Part shown: positions 54,746 to 63,472 of the stretch, one piece after another | Numbering within the stretch: the first letter of the stretch is position 1 | Layout: each line of letters opens with the position of its first letter | Assembly: GCF_019744875.1 (NCBI RefSeq) | Contig: NZ_JAIETU010000011.1 | Span: 10,723 to 74,722 of the forward strand | Length of the DNA stretch: 64,000 nt | Direction: 5' to 3' | From: Hyphomicrobium sp. | GTDB taxonomy: Bacteria; Pseudomonadota; Alphaproteobacteria; Rhizobiales; Hyphomicrobiaceae | Notes under the pieces: model-generated | Seen by the model: only the letters and a program-made list of their open reading frames with translations | The model's database searches: none | Told to the model about the DNA's origin: nothing | Program-made: the position numbers and the translations under genes

Positions 54746-55753
54746 TCAGGCGACGTCGAGCACGATGCGGTAACGCGCCTTGCCGTCCAGGAGATGCTGG
54801 ATGGCGTCGTTGACCTTCGAGATCGGGAAGTGCTCGGTCTGCGGCGCGATGTTGTGGCGGGCGCAGAACTCAAGCATCAGTTGCGACGTGACGGGCGCGC
54901 CGTTGGGCGAGCCCGATATGCTGTTCTGCCCCATGATGATGGGGAATGCCGCCACGGGAATCGGCTCGAGCACGGCGCCGACGACGTGGAGACGGCCCTT
55001 GGGGCGCAGCGTTGCGATCATTGCCGGCCAGTCGAGCGTCACGTTGACGGTCGAGATCAGGAGATCGAGCGTGCCGGCGATGCGCTTGAGATCGTCGGTG
55101 TTGCGCGTGTTGACGACGTTGTGGGCGCCAAGCGAGCGGGCTTCGTCGGCCTTGGAATCGCTCGTGGTGAAGGCGGTCACCTCGCAGCCCCAGGCGTGAG
55201 CAAACTTGAGCGCCATGTGGCCGAGGCCGCCGATGCCGATCACGCCGACGCGATCGGTCGGCTTGATGCCGAAGGCGCGAAACGGCGTGAACACGGTGAC
55301 GCCGCCGCAAAGTAGCGGCCCTGCTTCCCGGGCGTCGACGCCGTCGGGGATAGGAATTGCCCATGGCCACTGCGCGCGGACTTTTTCCGCAAATCCGCCG
55401 TGCCGGCCGACGATCGTGCCCGAATGCGTTGCGCACAGGTTCTGGTCGCCGTCGAGACAGGGCTGGCAGTGCATGCAGCTCGAAGAAGCCCAGCCGACGC
55501 CGACGCGCTGGCCGATCTTCAGTCCCTTTGCGTTCGAACCGAGCTTGCTGACCCGGCCGATGACCTCGTGTCCTGGAACGATCGGGTAGGTGGTCATGCC
55601 CCATTCGTTGTGCATCATCGAGACGTCGGAATGGCAGATGCCGCAGGTCTCAACGTCGATTTCGACGTCGTCTGCGCCCAGCGGGCCGGGGTCGTATTCA
55701 AATGGCTCGAGCGGCTTGTCGGCGCCTTTCGTGGCCCATGCTTTGATTGCCAT
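54746..55753 (-). CDS. Zn-dependent NAD(P) alcohol dehydrogenase (YahK/cinnamyl-ADH type)
   Basis: GICHSDV…GHEVIG…C..C..C…C structural-Zn motif, GIGGLGH Rossmann motif. Confidence 0.85.
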   Translation of the reverse strand: MAIKAWATKGADKPLEPFEYDPGPLGADDVEIDVETCGICHSDVSMMHNEWGMTTYPIVPGHEVIGRVSKLGSNAKGLKIGQRVGVGWASSSCMHCQPCLDGDQNLCATHSGTIVGRHGGFAEKVRAQWPWAIPIPDGVDAREAGPLLCGGVTVFTPFRAFGIKPTDRVGVIGIGGLGHMALKFAHAWGCEVTAFTTSDSKADEARSLGAHNVVNTRNTDDLKRIAGTLDLLISTVNVTLDWPAMIATLRPKGRLHVVGAVLEPIPVAAFPIIMGQNSISGSPNGAPVTSQLMLEFCARHNIAPQTEHFPISKVNDAIQHLLDGKARYRIVLDVA

Positions 55754-55776
55754 TGTGATTGCATCCTCCTCCAGTT

Positions 55777-55821
55777 TGAAAATCAACCGTAGCGTCCTTG
55801 GTTTTCCAAGGCACGCTACGG
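55777..55821 (-). terminator. Intrinsic terminator after the dehydrogenase-cytochrome c gene
   Basis: Minus strand reads CCGTAGCGTGCCTTGG-AAAA-CCAAGGACGCTACGG followed by TTGATTTTC. Confidence 0.6.
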
Positions 55822-55876
55822 CCAGCTCGATCTTCCAAGCACTCCGCTTCTTGCTGTCGAAGCCGGAAAAAGAGCC

Positions 55877-57643
55877 TCAGCGCGCCCGATGCCCGATGGC
55901 CCAAACATAGGCGGTGACGGCATCTAGGTCCGCCTTCGACAGCTCGACGCCTCCCATTGGCGGCATGGCGCCCGGGTGCTGCTTGGGTGTTTCGACGCCA
56001 TTGGCGATGGTGTCGTGAAGGCTTGCAACACTACCGTCGCCCCACAGCCATTTACCCGACGTGAGATCGGGACCAACGGGCGTGCCGATGCCGTCGGCGC
56101 CGTGGCAGCCCGCGCATGTCGCGCCCGCTACCTCGCCGTGGAACACCTTGCGGCCCTGCTCGACTTGATCGGCCGTGCTGCCTTCCGGCGGCGTCAGTGC
56201 TGCGACACTGCCCGCGTCAGGGTGGACGCCTTCGGGAGGCGAAGCGTCTTGTGCAGAAGACGCGGCAGCGATCTGGGGAGCGGCCTCGATCGGTGCGCCG
56301 GCGTCTCCCTGATAGGTGATGCGCCAGATACGGCCTGCCTTGTCGTCGGAGACAAAGAGCGCGCCGTCCGGCGCGACCGCTAGACCGGACGGACGATGTG
56401 CGGCGCGCCCGGGCTCTCTGAACCGCCCTGCGAAGCCATCGGCGAACACGACGTAGTCGCCGGACGGCTTTCCGCCGGCCAGCGGCTGGAAGACGACATT
56501 GTATCCCTGCTGCGGACCTGGTGCACGGTTCCACGATCCGTGGAAGGCGATGAAGGCTCCGCCCTGATAGGCCTTCGGGAACAGCGCACCACGATAAATC
56601 TTGAGATCGTTGGGCGCCCAATGCGCAGGGTAGTAGGCGACGGGCGGCGTCTTGTCCGCACATTTGCCGACTGCCTTGCCGCCGTCACCGCCGTATTCCG
56701 GCGCCAGCACGAGCTTCTTCTGCGCGGGATCGAAGTAGCACTCGGGCCATCCAAAGTTGGCGCCTTGCTTGAGGATCATCACTTCCTCCGAAGGAAGGTT
56801 GAACCCCTGCTCCTGAGTGTAGAGCTTCGACCAATTCTCGTGCAACTGGTCGCGCCCGTGCTGGGTTACGAACAGCCGCCCCTCGTCGTCGAAGTCGAAC
56901 CCTTCGGGATTGCGGATCCCGGAAGCGTAGCGCTCCTTGGCCGAAAATGTCTGGCCGAGCTTGTTGGCGTCGTAGCGCCAGACGCCCGCGCGAGTTTCGA
57001 GCTCCGTGCAGGGCTGGTTGCCGGGCGAGGCCGGCATGCGATTCTTCACTTCGCAGGTGTTGGTGGCAGAGCCCATCGAGACGAATAGGTTGCCGGCGGC
57101 GTCGATGGCGAATGGATGCATTGGGTGATCGCCAGTGATCGGCATGCCGCTCAATACGACCTCGGCCTTGGCATCGGCCGTTGGCAGCGCGCCGTTCTTG
57201 ATCGCGTAGCGCACGATGCGATCGTTAATCTCGGCGTAGAGCCAGTCCTTGTGGATCCAGATGCCGGTGCCGCCCTTGCCGCCGTTCGCGAACGTCTCGC
57301 CGAAGCGGGAGACGGCATCGGCCTTTCCTGCTCCTTTGGTGTCCTTCAACGCGACGACGAAGCCGCCATCGGGCGGCGTGTCGTTGCCGTAATAGACGCC
57401 GCTCCACGTATTGACATAGAGCGTGCCGTCGGGAGCTACCGCCATCTGGCGGGCATGTCCGACGTTGTCAGCGAAAATCGAGGCGCAGAAGCCCTTGGGC
57501 AGCGACAAGCCCGCATTCTCTATGCACGCCGATTTTGGATCCTCCGCCCTCGCAGGCGAAGCGACCGAAGGGACGAGACCAACAGCAATGACATTCATGG
57601 CCAGGAGCGCCGCGCTCTGGCGCCAGACGATCGACGACTGCAT
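55877..57643 (-). CDS. Periplasmic PQQ-type (sorbosone/glucose dehydrogenase-like) beta-propeller fused to a c-type cytochrome domain
   Basis: Signal peptide. Propeller motifs (…GDHPMHPF…GWPECYFD…FHGSWNR). C-terminal CAGCHG haem-binding site and …MPPMGG. Confidence 0.6.
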   Translation of the reverse strand: MQSSIVWRQSAALLAMNVIAVGLVPSVASPARAEDPKSACIENAGLSLPKGFCASIFADNVGHARQMAVAPDGTLYVNTWSGVYYGNDTPPDGGFVVALKDTKGAGKADAVSRFGETFANGGKGGTGIWIHKDWLYAEINDRIVRYAIKNGALPTADAKAEVVLSGMPITGDHPMHPFAIDAAGNLFVSMGSATNTCEVKNRMPASPGNQPCTELETRAGVWRYDANKLGQTFSAKERYASGIRNPEGFDFDDEGRLFVTQHGRDQLHENWSKLYTQEQGFNLPSEEVMILKQGANFGWPECYFDPAQKKLVLAPEYGGDGGKAVGKCADKTPPVAYYPAHWAPNDLKIYRGALFPKAYQGGAFIAFHGSWNRAPGPQQGYNVVFQPLAGGKPSGDYVVFADGFAGRFREPGRAAHRPSGLAVAPDGALFVSDDKAGRIWRITYQGDAGAPIEAAPQIAAASSAQDASPPEGVHPDAGSVAALTPPEGSTADQVEQGRKVFHGEVAGATCAGCHGADGIGTPVGPDLTSGKWLWGDGSVASLHDTIANGVETPKQHPGAMPPMGGVELSKADLDAVTAYVWAIGHRAR

Positions 57644-57697
57644 CTTTCTATCCTTGGAGCTGATGAACGAAACAAGCTAGCTAGTCGTGGACGTGCC

Positions 57698-58666
57698 CTA
57701 ATTACCGACGTGAACTGGCACGATCTCGAACGGCAGGGATGGCGGCCCCTTTTCCTTGGGCGCGAGCAGGTGCGATAGCTGTCCTTCGGCGACCCAAGCG
57801 GTATCGCCAATTTTGGCGAACGCCGTCGGCTCCTTGAGGCCATCCTTGATGGTCTCTATTCGCGCCGTGTCGCCTTCGATCGTCACGCGGTCGAGCGTTC
57901 CGCTGCCTTCGGCCATGAGAAACGTCGCTGCGCCGATGCGGCGGAGCCCGTCGGGAAGGGACAGCGGCCTCGAGGTTTTCAGCTTGGTGACGGCGCCGGC
58001 CTTGCCGTCCGCGATTTCGATGCGGAATAACTCACCACCGTGAAACGTGTTGACGTAGAGGTGCCCATCCTCGCCGAGCGCAATGCCGTCCAAGCCGGCG
58101 CCGTTGTTGGGCGGCTGGAACTGCTTGTCCTCGATAAAGATTTCGAGCGCCTTTGCGCCGGGGGCGAGCCGCAGGATGCGGGGAACGACCGTATCGGTGA
58201 CGTAAAGCGTGCCGTCGGCCGCGATCGTCATGTCGTTGCAGAGCGACGGACCGGCCGGGAACGCGTAGCTCGCCTTTCCTTCACCGGACGCGAGATCGAA
58301 GGCCTTGAGGTGGGAGCCTGCAATTGAGCTTGGTCCCGGAACTCCGAACCCCGACACGTCGTTCGAGCACACCCACAGCGTCGCGGTCTTCGCGTCGGCG
58401 TAGAGGCCGAACGTCGACCGACTGTCGAATGCGCCCGGCGGAATCCACGGCTCGGCCTTTGTTGCGCCAGCATTTACGCGCTGAACGCCACCAGCCGCAA
58501 AGCTGCTCACGTATAGCGACCCATCCGGCCCGGCCGTGATGCTCTCCGTGTAGGCTTGGTCTCCCGGGACAACGATTGGCGTAGCGCTTTGCGCGAAAGC
58601 GGCTGGTGGAACAAGAAGCACAGCCATCAAGGTGAGGTGAGCAGCGATCCGATCTGGCAAGCTCAT
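57698..58666 (-). CDS. Secreted beta-propeller protein (SMP-30/gluconolactonase/NHL-like)
   Basis: Signal peptide …PPAAFA/QS. Repeated …DG.LYV. strands. Family assignment is tentative. Confidence 0.45.
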   Translation of the reverse strand: MSLPDRIAAHLTLMAVLLVPPAAFAQSATPIVVPGDQAYTESITAGPDGSLYVSSFAAGGVQRVNAGATKAEPWIPPGAFDSRSTFGLYADAKTATLWVCSNDVSGFGVPGPSSIAGSHLKAFDLASGEGKASYAFPAGPSLCNDMTIAADGTLYVTDTVVPRILRLAPGAKALEIFIEDKQFQPPNNGAGLDGIALGEDGHLYVNTFHGGELFRIEIADGKAGAVTKLKTSRPLSLPDGLRRIGAATFLMAEGSGTLDRVTIEGDTARIETIKDGLKEPTAFAKIGDTAWVAEGQLSHLLAPKEKGPPSLPFEIVPVHVGN

Positions 58667-58685
58667 AAGCGTCCGTCCTTCCATT

Positions 58686-58709
58686 CGCAGTATATATTCG
58701 TATATAGCG
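58686..58709. promoter_or_regulatory. Degenerate palindrome CGCAGTATAT-ATTC-GTATATAGCG (copy 3 of 4)
   Basis: Right arm matches 9/10 and left arm 6/10 to the 54554 palindrome. Lies in the divergent region between 58666 (-) and 58975 (+). Confidence 0.35.
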
Positions 58710-58974
58710 ATATCCGATTACAGATCTTGCATGCCGACGTCGGCCACATTCATCGCGCTTGTGCTTCAACGCGGTTGGGCTTCATCGCGATCCCACAGCA
58801 CGACGCTTTGCATCGGCCATAAGATGGGAACCAAACGTCCGAATGCGATAGAACGAAGCTCTTGTGTTCTTGCCTAAAACTCCCAAATTGAAGATCGTCG
58901 CCTAGCGGAGAATCCGTCGGAAGCTTAGCAATCAGATCCACGGCCTCGATTTCGATCTTCCAGGAGAAGCACGA

Positions 58975-59883
58975 TTGTCCAGCCTCGTAGACTTGGCCGA
59001 TCTTATCCGGCGGCATGCGACGGCCGATGGGCCTAACGAAACCGCGATCCCGCGGATCGGACTGTTTCGTGCCTCGCGGGCCGATGAGCCCGTCTGCATG
59101 ATTTACGAACCATCGGTCTGCATCGTCGCTCAGGGGCGCAAGAGGTCCATGGTTGCGGACCGGGAGTTTCGTTACGATCAGTCCAACTACCTCGTCATCA
59201 AGGCGGATGTTCCAATCATCAGCCACCACGTTGATGCCACGCCCGGACGGCCGTTCTTGTGCATGCGCATGAAGCTCGATTCGGCCGCCATCGCAGCTTT
59301 GATGCTCGAGCGGGGGATGAAGCCGACTGGCAGCGATGAGCCGGGATCTGCCCTCGTGATCAGCAGTGTCACCCGTGATCTGATTGATGCATCTATTCGC
59401 ATGCTCCGGCTTCTCGAAACGCCGGGTGACATTCCAACACTCGCCCCGCTGATAGAGCGCGAGATCCTGTATCGGCTTCTGCAGGGCGACCAAACTTCGA
59501 AGCTCGGGCAAATTGCGTTCGCCGGAAGCAAGCTACGGCAAGTCACCCGTGCGATAGCTTGGATTAGGCAGAACTTCAGAGAGCCCTTTAGTGTCGAAGC
59601 CACTGCTGCACAGGCGAACATGAGCGCTTCGCAGCTTCACCTTCATTTTAAAGCCGTGACGACGCTGAGCCCTCTTCAGTATCAGAAGCAGCTGCGGCTG
59701 CAGGAGGCCCGGCGTCTCATGCTGACGCAAAACCTCGACGCAGCCGCGACGGCTTACGCGGTTGGATACGAAAGTCCCTCACAATTCAGCCGCGAATACC
59801 GCCGCCTGTTCGGTGTTCCGCCTGCCGCCGATGGCCGTCGTCTTCGCAGTTCATTGCCTCCCTTGGAGGATGCAGAAACTTAG
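58975..59883 (+). CDS. AraC-family regulator with AraC_N-type N-terminal domain
   Basis: …CIVAQGRKRSMV…. C-terminal HTH is ATAAQANMSASQLHLHFKAVTTLSPLQYQKQLRLQEAR…YAVGYESPSQFSREYRRLFG. Confidence 0.85.
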   Translation: MSSLVDLADLIRRHATADGPNETAIPRIGLFRASRADEPVCMIYEPSVCIVAQGRKRSMVADREFRYDQSNYLVIKADVPIISHHVDATPGRPFLCMRMKLDSAAIAALMLERGMKPTGSDEPGSALVISSVTRDLIDASIRMLRLLETPGDIPTLAPLIEREILYRLLQGDQTSKLGQIAFAGSKLRQVTRAIAWIRQNFREPFSVEATAAQANMSASQLHLHFKAVTTLSPLQYQKQLRLQEARRLMLTQNLDAAATAYAVGYESPSQFSREYRRLFGVPPAADGRRLRSSLPPLEDAET

Positions 59884-59959
59884 ACTGCGTTCGCGCAACG
59901 GAAAAAGCGGCGCAGGCTCAAGGCCTGCGCCGAAATCTGAGGACCGCATTCGTCCGCAT

Positions 59960-61012
59960 TCAGACGGCGCGCAGAAGGCCCGTCTTCGGGTGGCAGTTGA
60001 TGTACTCGAAATGCTGGTTCGAGGCGTCGAACACCGACACCTCGTGATACAGTGTCAGATCCGTGAACTTGTGAACGTTCCGCATGAACGTCACGAAAAT
60101 CTGCAGATGCGTCGGGTGAGACTCGCCCCAATGCTCGAGATGGGCAAGGGAGTTCCAGAGGCTGACGCCGAAACCCTTCTCCTGCGCGTTGCCGTTCTCG
60201 TCGATGTGATGGCAGTAGCGGTTGGTGTAGCAGCCGACCTCCAGGCCTTCGTCGCGAAGAAAGTTCATGCCTTGATGCAGCACGGGCTCGATGTCCTCGT
60301 ACCACGTGCGGCGCTCCTCGTCCTTGGTCCGGCTCCAGTCCTCTCCTGATCTGATCAAGGTCAGGTTCTTGTGGCCGCTGATGACGACGCGTCCGCCGGC
60401 CTTGGGCTGACCCTGTGTGACCGTGAGTTGGCCGACCGGCTCCATAGTGTCGTTCTGGGAGACGGGCAGGCGATCGCGCATGGATCCCCAGTAGCCGTGC
60501 TCGAAGATCGGCTGGCTCATGTTGCCGAAGAGGATGCTCGCGCCTTCGAAGGGGCCGTAGTCGTGCGTAAAGATCGTCTCGAACTGTTCCATTCGGGGGC
60601 TGAGCACCTCGCGGAAATAGCCGACGCCCTCCTTGAGGCGATCGTCGGAGGCCCACCAGCCGGAAACGTCTGCGCTGTCGGTCCAGGCTTTATGCGCGGT
60701 CGGGTCTTGCCAGTAGGCGACAACGATCAGGTTCAGGTAGCCATCGGCGTCGACGAACTGAACGAGGTCGTGACGTGCCGGTCCGTCGGCGAGTTTGAGG
60801 CTATCCTGGATGGTCTTGAAGGCCGCGAATGCTTTCGCGCGCATGTCGTCGCCCTTCGACTGAACGCCGAGGTACGCCATGACGAGTTGTTTGACGGCCG
60901 GATCGACGCGGGCGGAAAATGCGTCATAGGGCGGTTTCCACGAGTCGCTGACGCGACGGTGACGGGTGCGTGGGCACCGCAGGTGGCTTGGAATCGATGA
61001 GTCCAAAGACAT
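59960..61012 (-). CDS. oxd: Aldoxime dehydratase (haem enzyme, OxdA/OxdB family)
   Basis: SSIPSHLRCPRTRHRRV…PPYDAF…YLGVQ…HGYWGSMRDRLPVSQND…GGRVVISGHKNLTLIRSG…ESHPTHLQIFVTF…LYHEVSV…FEYINCHP. Colinear with P. chlororaphis OxdA as I recall it. Confidence 0.85.
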   Translation of the reverse strand: MSLDSSIPSHLRCPRTRHRRVSDSWKPPYDAFSARVDPAVKQLVMAYLGVQSKGDDMRAKAFAAFKTIQDSLKLADGPARHDLVQFVDADGYLNLIVVAYWQDPTAHKAWTDSADVSGWWASDDRLKEGVGYFREVLSPRMEQFETIFTHDYGPFEGASILFGNMSQPIFEHGYWGSMRDRLPVSQNDTMEPVGQLTVTQGQPKAGGRVVISGHKNLTLIRSGEDWSRTKDEERRTWYEDIEPVLHQGMNFLRDEGLEVGCYTNRYCHHIDENGNAQEKGFGVSLWNSLAHLEHWGESHPTHLQIFVTFMRNVHKFTDLTLYHEVSVFDASNQHFEYINCHPKTGLLRAV

Positions 61013-61054
61013 TGTGATCCTCCCGAGTTTTTTTATCGTGCAGTTGTTAGTTTG

Positions 61055-61078
61055 CGCTATATCCATACAGATATAACG
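61055..61078. promoter_or_regulatory. Palindrome CGCTATATCC-ATAC-AGATATAACG (copy 4 of 4)
   Basis: Left arm is identical to the 54554 copy and the right arm matches 8/10. It lies 43 nt upstream of the oxd ATG. Confidence 0.5.
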
Positions 61079-61266
61079 AATTTTCACCAAGGTGGTTTGG
61101 CGTCTTCCGATCCGCCGGAACCTGCTGTCGAAAAACTGCTGAGTTTGATAAGCGCCTCAGCTTGTGCGTTTGCCAAACGCCCGTGCTGCGGGTCACCGGC
61201 AGTGTCGAAGAAGGACTGAGGCGCTGCAAGTGCAGGGTGCCTTCCGGCGCCGGGTAAAATGCCCGA

Positions 61267-61935
61267 CTAGGCCGTCGTCACGCCTGCAAGTTTGTCGGGA
61301 CCGATCAAGCCTGCGCTCAACGCCAGCCATACGAGATGCGCATCGTTCTCGGCGCCGATCTTGGCCTTGATGGCGTAGTGATGATTGCGAACTGTCTTTT
61401 GGCTGAGGTTGAGCATGTTGGCGATGGCGTCACTGCTGAGGCCGGTCGCGAGAAGTCTCAGGATTTCAGTCTCGCGCGTCGACAGTAGAGCGATGGCCGG
61501 GTTGGTGCCGCTCAAACGGTCCGCCGCCAGAGCCTGGCAGATGTCGTCGCTCAAGGCGCGTCCACCGCGGGCAACCGCTTCGACCGCTCTCACGAGTTCG
61601 CCGGGCGGACTGCTCTTGGTGATGTAACCGCTGGCGCCTGCCTCGAAAGCTTTGAGGGCGAAGGCGGAGCCAGCATGCATCGAAAAAATCAAGATGCGGG
61701 CGTCCTTGTCCCAGTCTCGGATTCGCCGCACGGCTTCCAACCCGCTTGCACCCTGCAGCGTGAGATCCATGACCACTACGTCGGGCTTATGGGCCTTGTA
61801 GGCGATGTAGGCCTGCGCCACGTCCTCCGCCTCAGCGCAGACCGCAAACTGCTGCCGCATCTCGAGGAGCCTTCGATATCCCTCCCGCACCACCGGGTGG
61901 TCGTCGACGAGCAGGATGGAAATTGTGCCGCTCAT
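61267..61935 (-). CDS. NarL/FixJ-family response regulator (REC + LuxR HTH)
   Basis: ILLVDDHPVVREG…DVVVMDLTL…TRETEILRLLATGLSSDAIANMLNLSQKTVRNH. Confidence 0.9.
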   Translation of the reverse strand: MSGTISILLVDDHPVVREGYRRLLEMRQQFAVCAEAEDVAQAYIAYKAHKPDVVVMDLTLQGASGLEAVRRIRDWDKDARILIFSMHAGSAFALKAFEAGASGYITKSSPPGELVRAVEAVARGGRALSDDICQALAADRLSGTNPAIALLSTRETEILRLLATGLSSDAIANMLNLSQKTVRNHHYAIKAKIGAENDAHLVWLALSAGLIGPDKLAGVTTA

Positions 61936-63311
61936 GCCAGAGCTTCGGGAGCACTGGTCGGTACCACGGCCAAAATGCGCAGCCCGCGCGGTGCGTTGCC
62001 GATTGAAAGCGCGCCGCCGATTCCGGCGAGCCGCTCTCGAATGCCGAGAATTCCATGGCCGGAGCCGGTCCGGATTTTACTCGCGTCGCCACCGCCGTCG
62101 TCCTCAATCGTCAAGGCGACGTGCGGCGCCGTCTCCGCTACATGTTCGAGCCGCACACTGACTTCGGTAGGGCGACCATGCTTTGAAGCGTTGGTCAGAC
62201 ACTCCTGGGCAATTCGATAGAGATCGACCGCGATACACTTCGGCAAGGTGGCAATGCGTCCGGACATGTGGAGCTTGTAGACGGTGCCGGAGTTCGATTG
62301 AGCGTTGAAGTCGTTGATGAGCTGCCGCAGGCTGGCCTCCAGTCCAAGCTCCTCGATGCTTTGCGACCTTAGGCGAACGAGCGTCGTTCGCAACGCATCC
62401 ATCATGCGCTTCTGCGCCTTCGTAATGGATCGCGCATCCTTGGCAATGTCAGGCCGGTCAGCCGGCGCGCCAGCTTCGATGACAGTGGCGAGCGCAGCGG
62501 TCGCAGCCAGAGCTTGTCCGAACTCGTCGTGGAGGTCTCGCGCGATTGAGCGCCGCTCATCCTCCTGGACTTGGAAAAGGCGATTGGTCAGCGCGAGGCG
62601 TTCGGAATTGTTCTGATGCAAGGTTGCAGCCAGCCGATTCACGGCATTGGAGATATGATTGAACTCCGTGCTCTTGAACTTATTCAGCTTGAGCGCGAGT
62701 TCGCCGCCCTCCAGTTTGCGTAGGGCGTCGATGATGGCGCGCGCCGGCATGAGCGCATGGCCTATCATCACGGCCGCCAGAAACGCGATGGCGCCGGCCA
62801 TCATGATGGCGAACTGAACGACCGTCGAAATCTCTCGCCATGCCCGCCGCAGCGCGGCGTCGGGATCGGCACTGGTTACGAAGACGCCTGCCGACGAATC
62901 GCGAATGGAGAGGTTCTGGGCAATCGGCTCATGCGGGCCGAGAATGTCGAGATAAGCGGCTACGAACCACTGTGGCGCTTGCGGTCCAAGCACCTCGACT
63001 TGACTGCACAGCGTCTGCTGGTCCGCGCCCGGCGGTGCGTACGTCACACAAACACCTGGTGAAATGATGCTCTGGGTTGCCACCGATTTCCATTCGGGCA
63101 ACGTCATCAATGTTCCGCGCGCCATGCCGTTACGCCAGACCAAGTGCTGCCAATAGAGACCCTGGAGATGCGTGTTGACGCGCTGACTGGTCGCCGAGAC
63201 GTCGCTCTCGATGGACCGATGCGCATCTATGATGAGGCATCCGACAGCGACGACCAGACATAAGAGGACGACGGCCATCAATCGCAGCACGAGCAAGGTC
63301 AGGAGACGCAT
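61932..63311 (-). CDS. Sensor histidine kinase (HAMP + HisKA_3 + HATPase, NarX-like)
   Basis: Two TM segments. ERRSIARDLHDEFGQ H-box and DDGGG…GHGILGIRERL. Its stop overlaps the regulator gene's start. Confidence 0.85.
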   Translation of the reverse strand: MRLLTLLVLRLMAVVLLCLVVAVGCLIIDAHRSIESDVSATSQRVNTHLQGLYWQHLVWRNGMARGTLMTLPEWKSVATQSIISPGVCVTYAPPGADQQTLCSQVEVLGPQAPQWFVAAYLDILGPHEPIAQNLSIRDSSAGVFVTSADPDAALRRAWREISTVVQFAIMMAGAIAFLAAVMIGHALMPARAIIDALRKLEGGELALKLNKFKSTEFNHISNAVNRLAATLHQNNSERLALTNRLFQVQEDERRSIARDLHDEFGQALAATAALATVIEAGAPADRPDIAKDARSITKAQKRMMDALRTTLVRLRSQSIEELGLEASLRQLINDFNAQSNSGTVYKLHMSGRIATLPKCIAVDLYRIAQECLTNASKHGRPTEVSVRLEHVAETAPHVALTIEDDGGGDASKIRTGSGHGILGIRERLAGIGGALSIGNAPRGLRILAVVPTSAPEALA

Positions 63312-63472
63312 GGTTCCGCTCCGAAGGTTTTCGGGATACTGGCACAAACAATGGAGAATTGAAGCCTGAAACCAACGAGCCGGGCAAATTGCCCGGCCCG
63401 CGGCCGAATTTGTTTTGAAACGAGCTGATCGCTACGGCATCTGCTTGCCGCAGACCGCGCGCCCGGTCGCGG

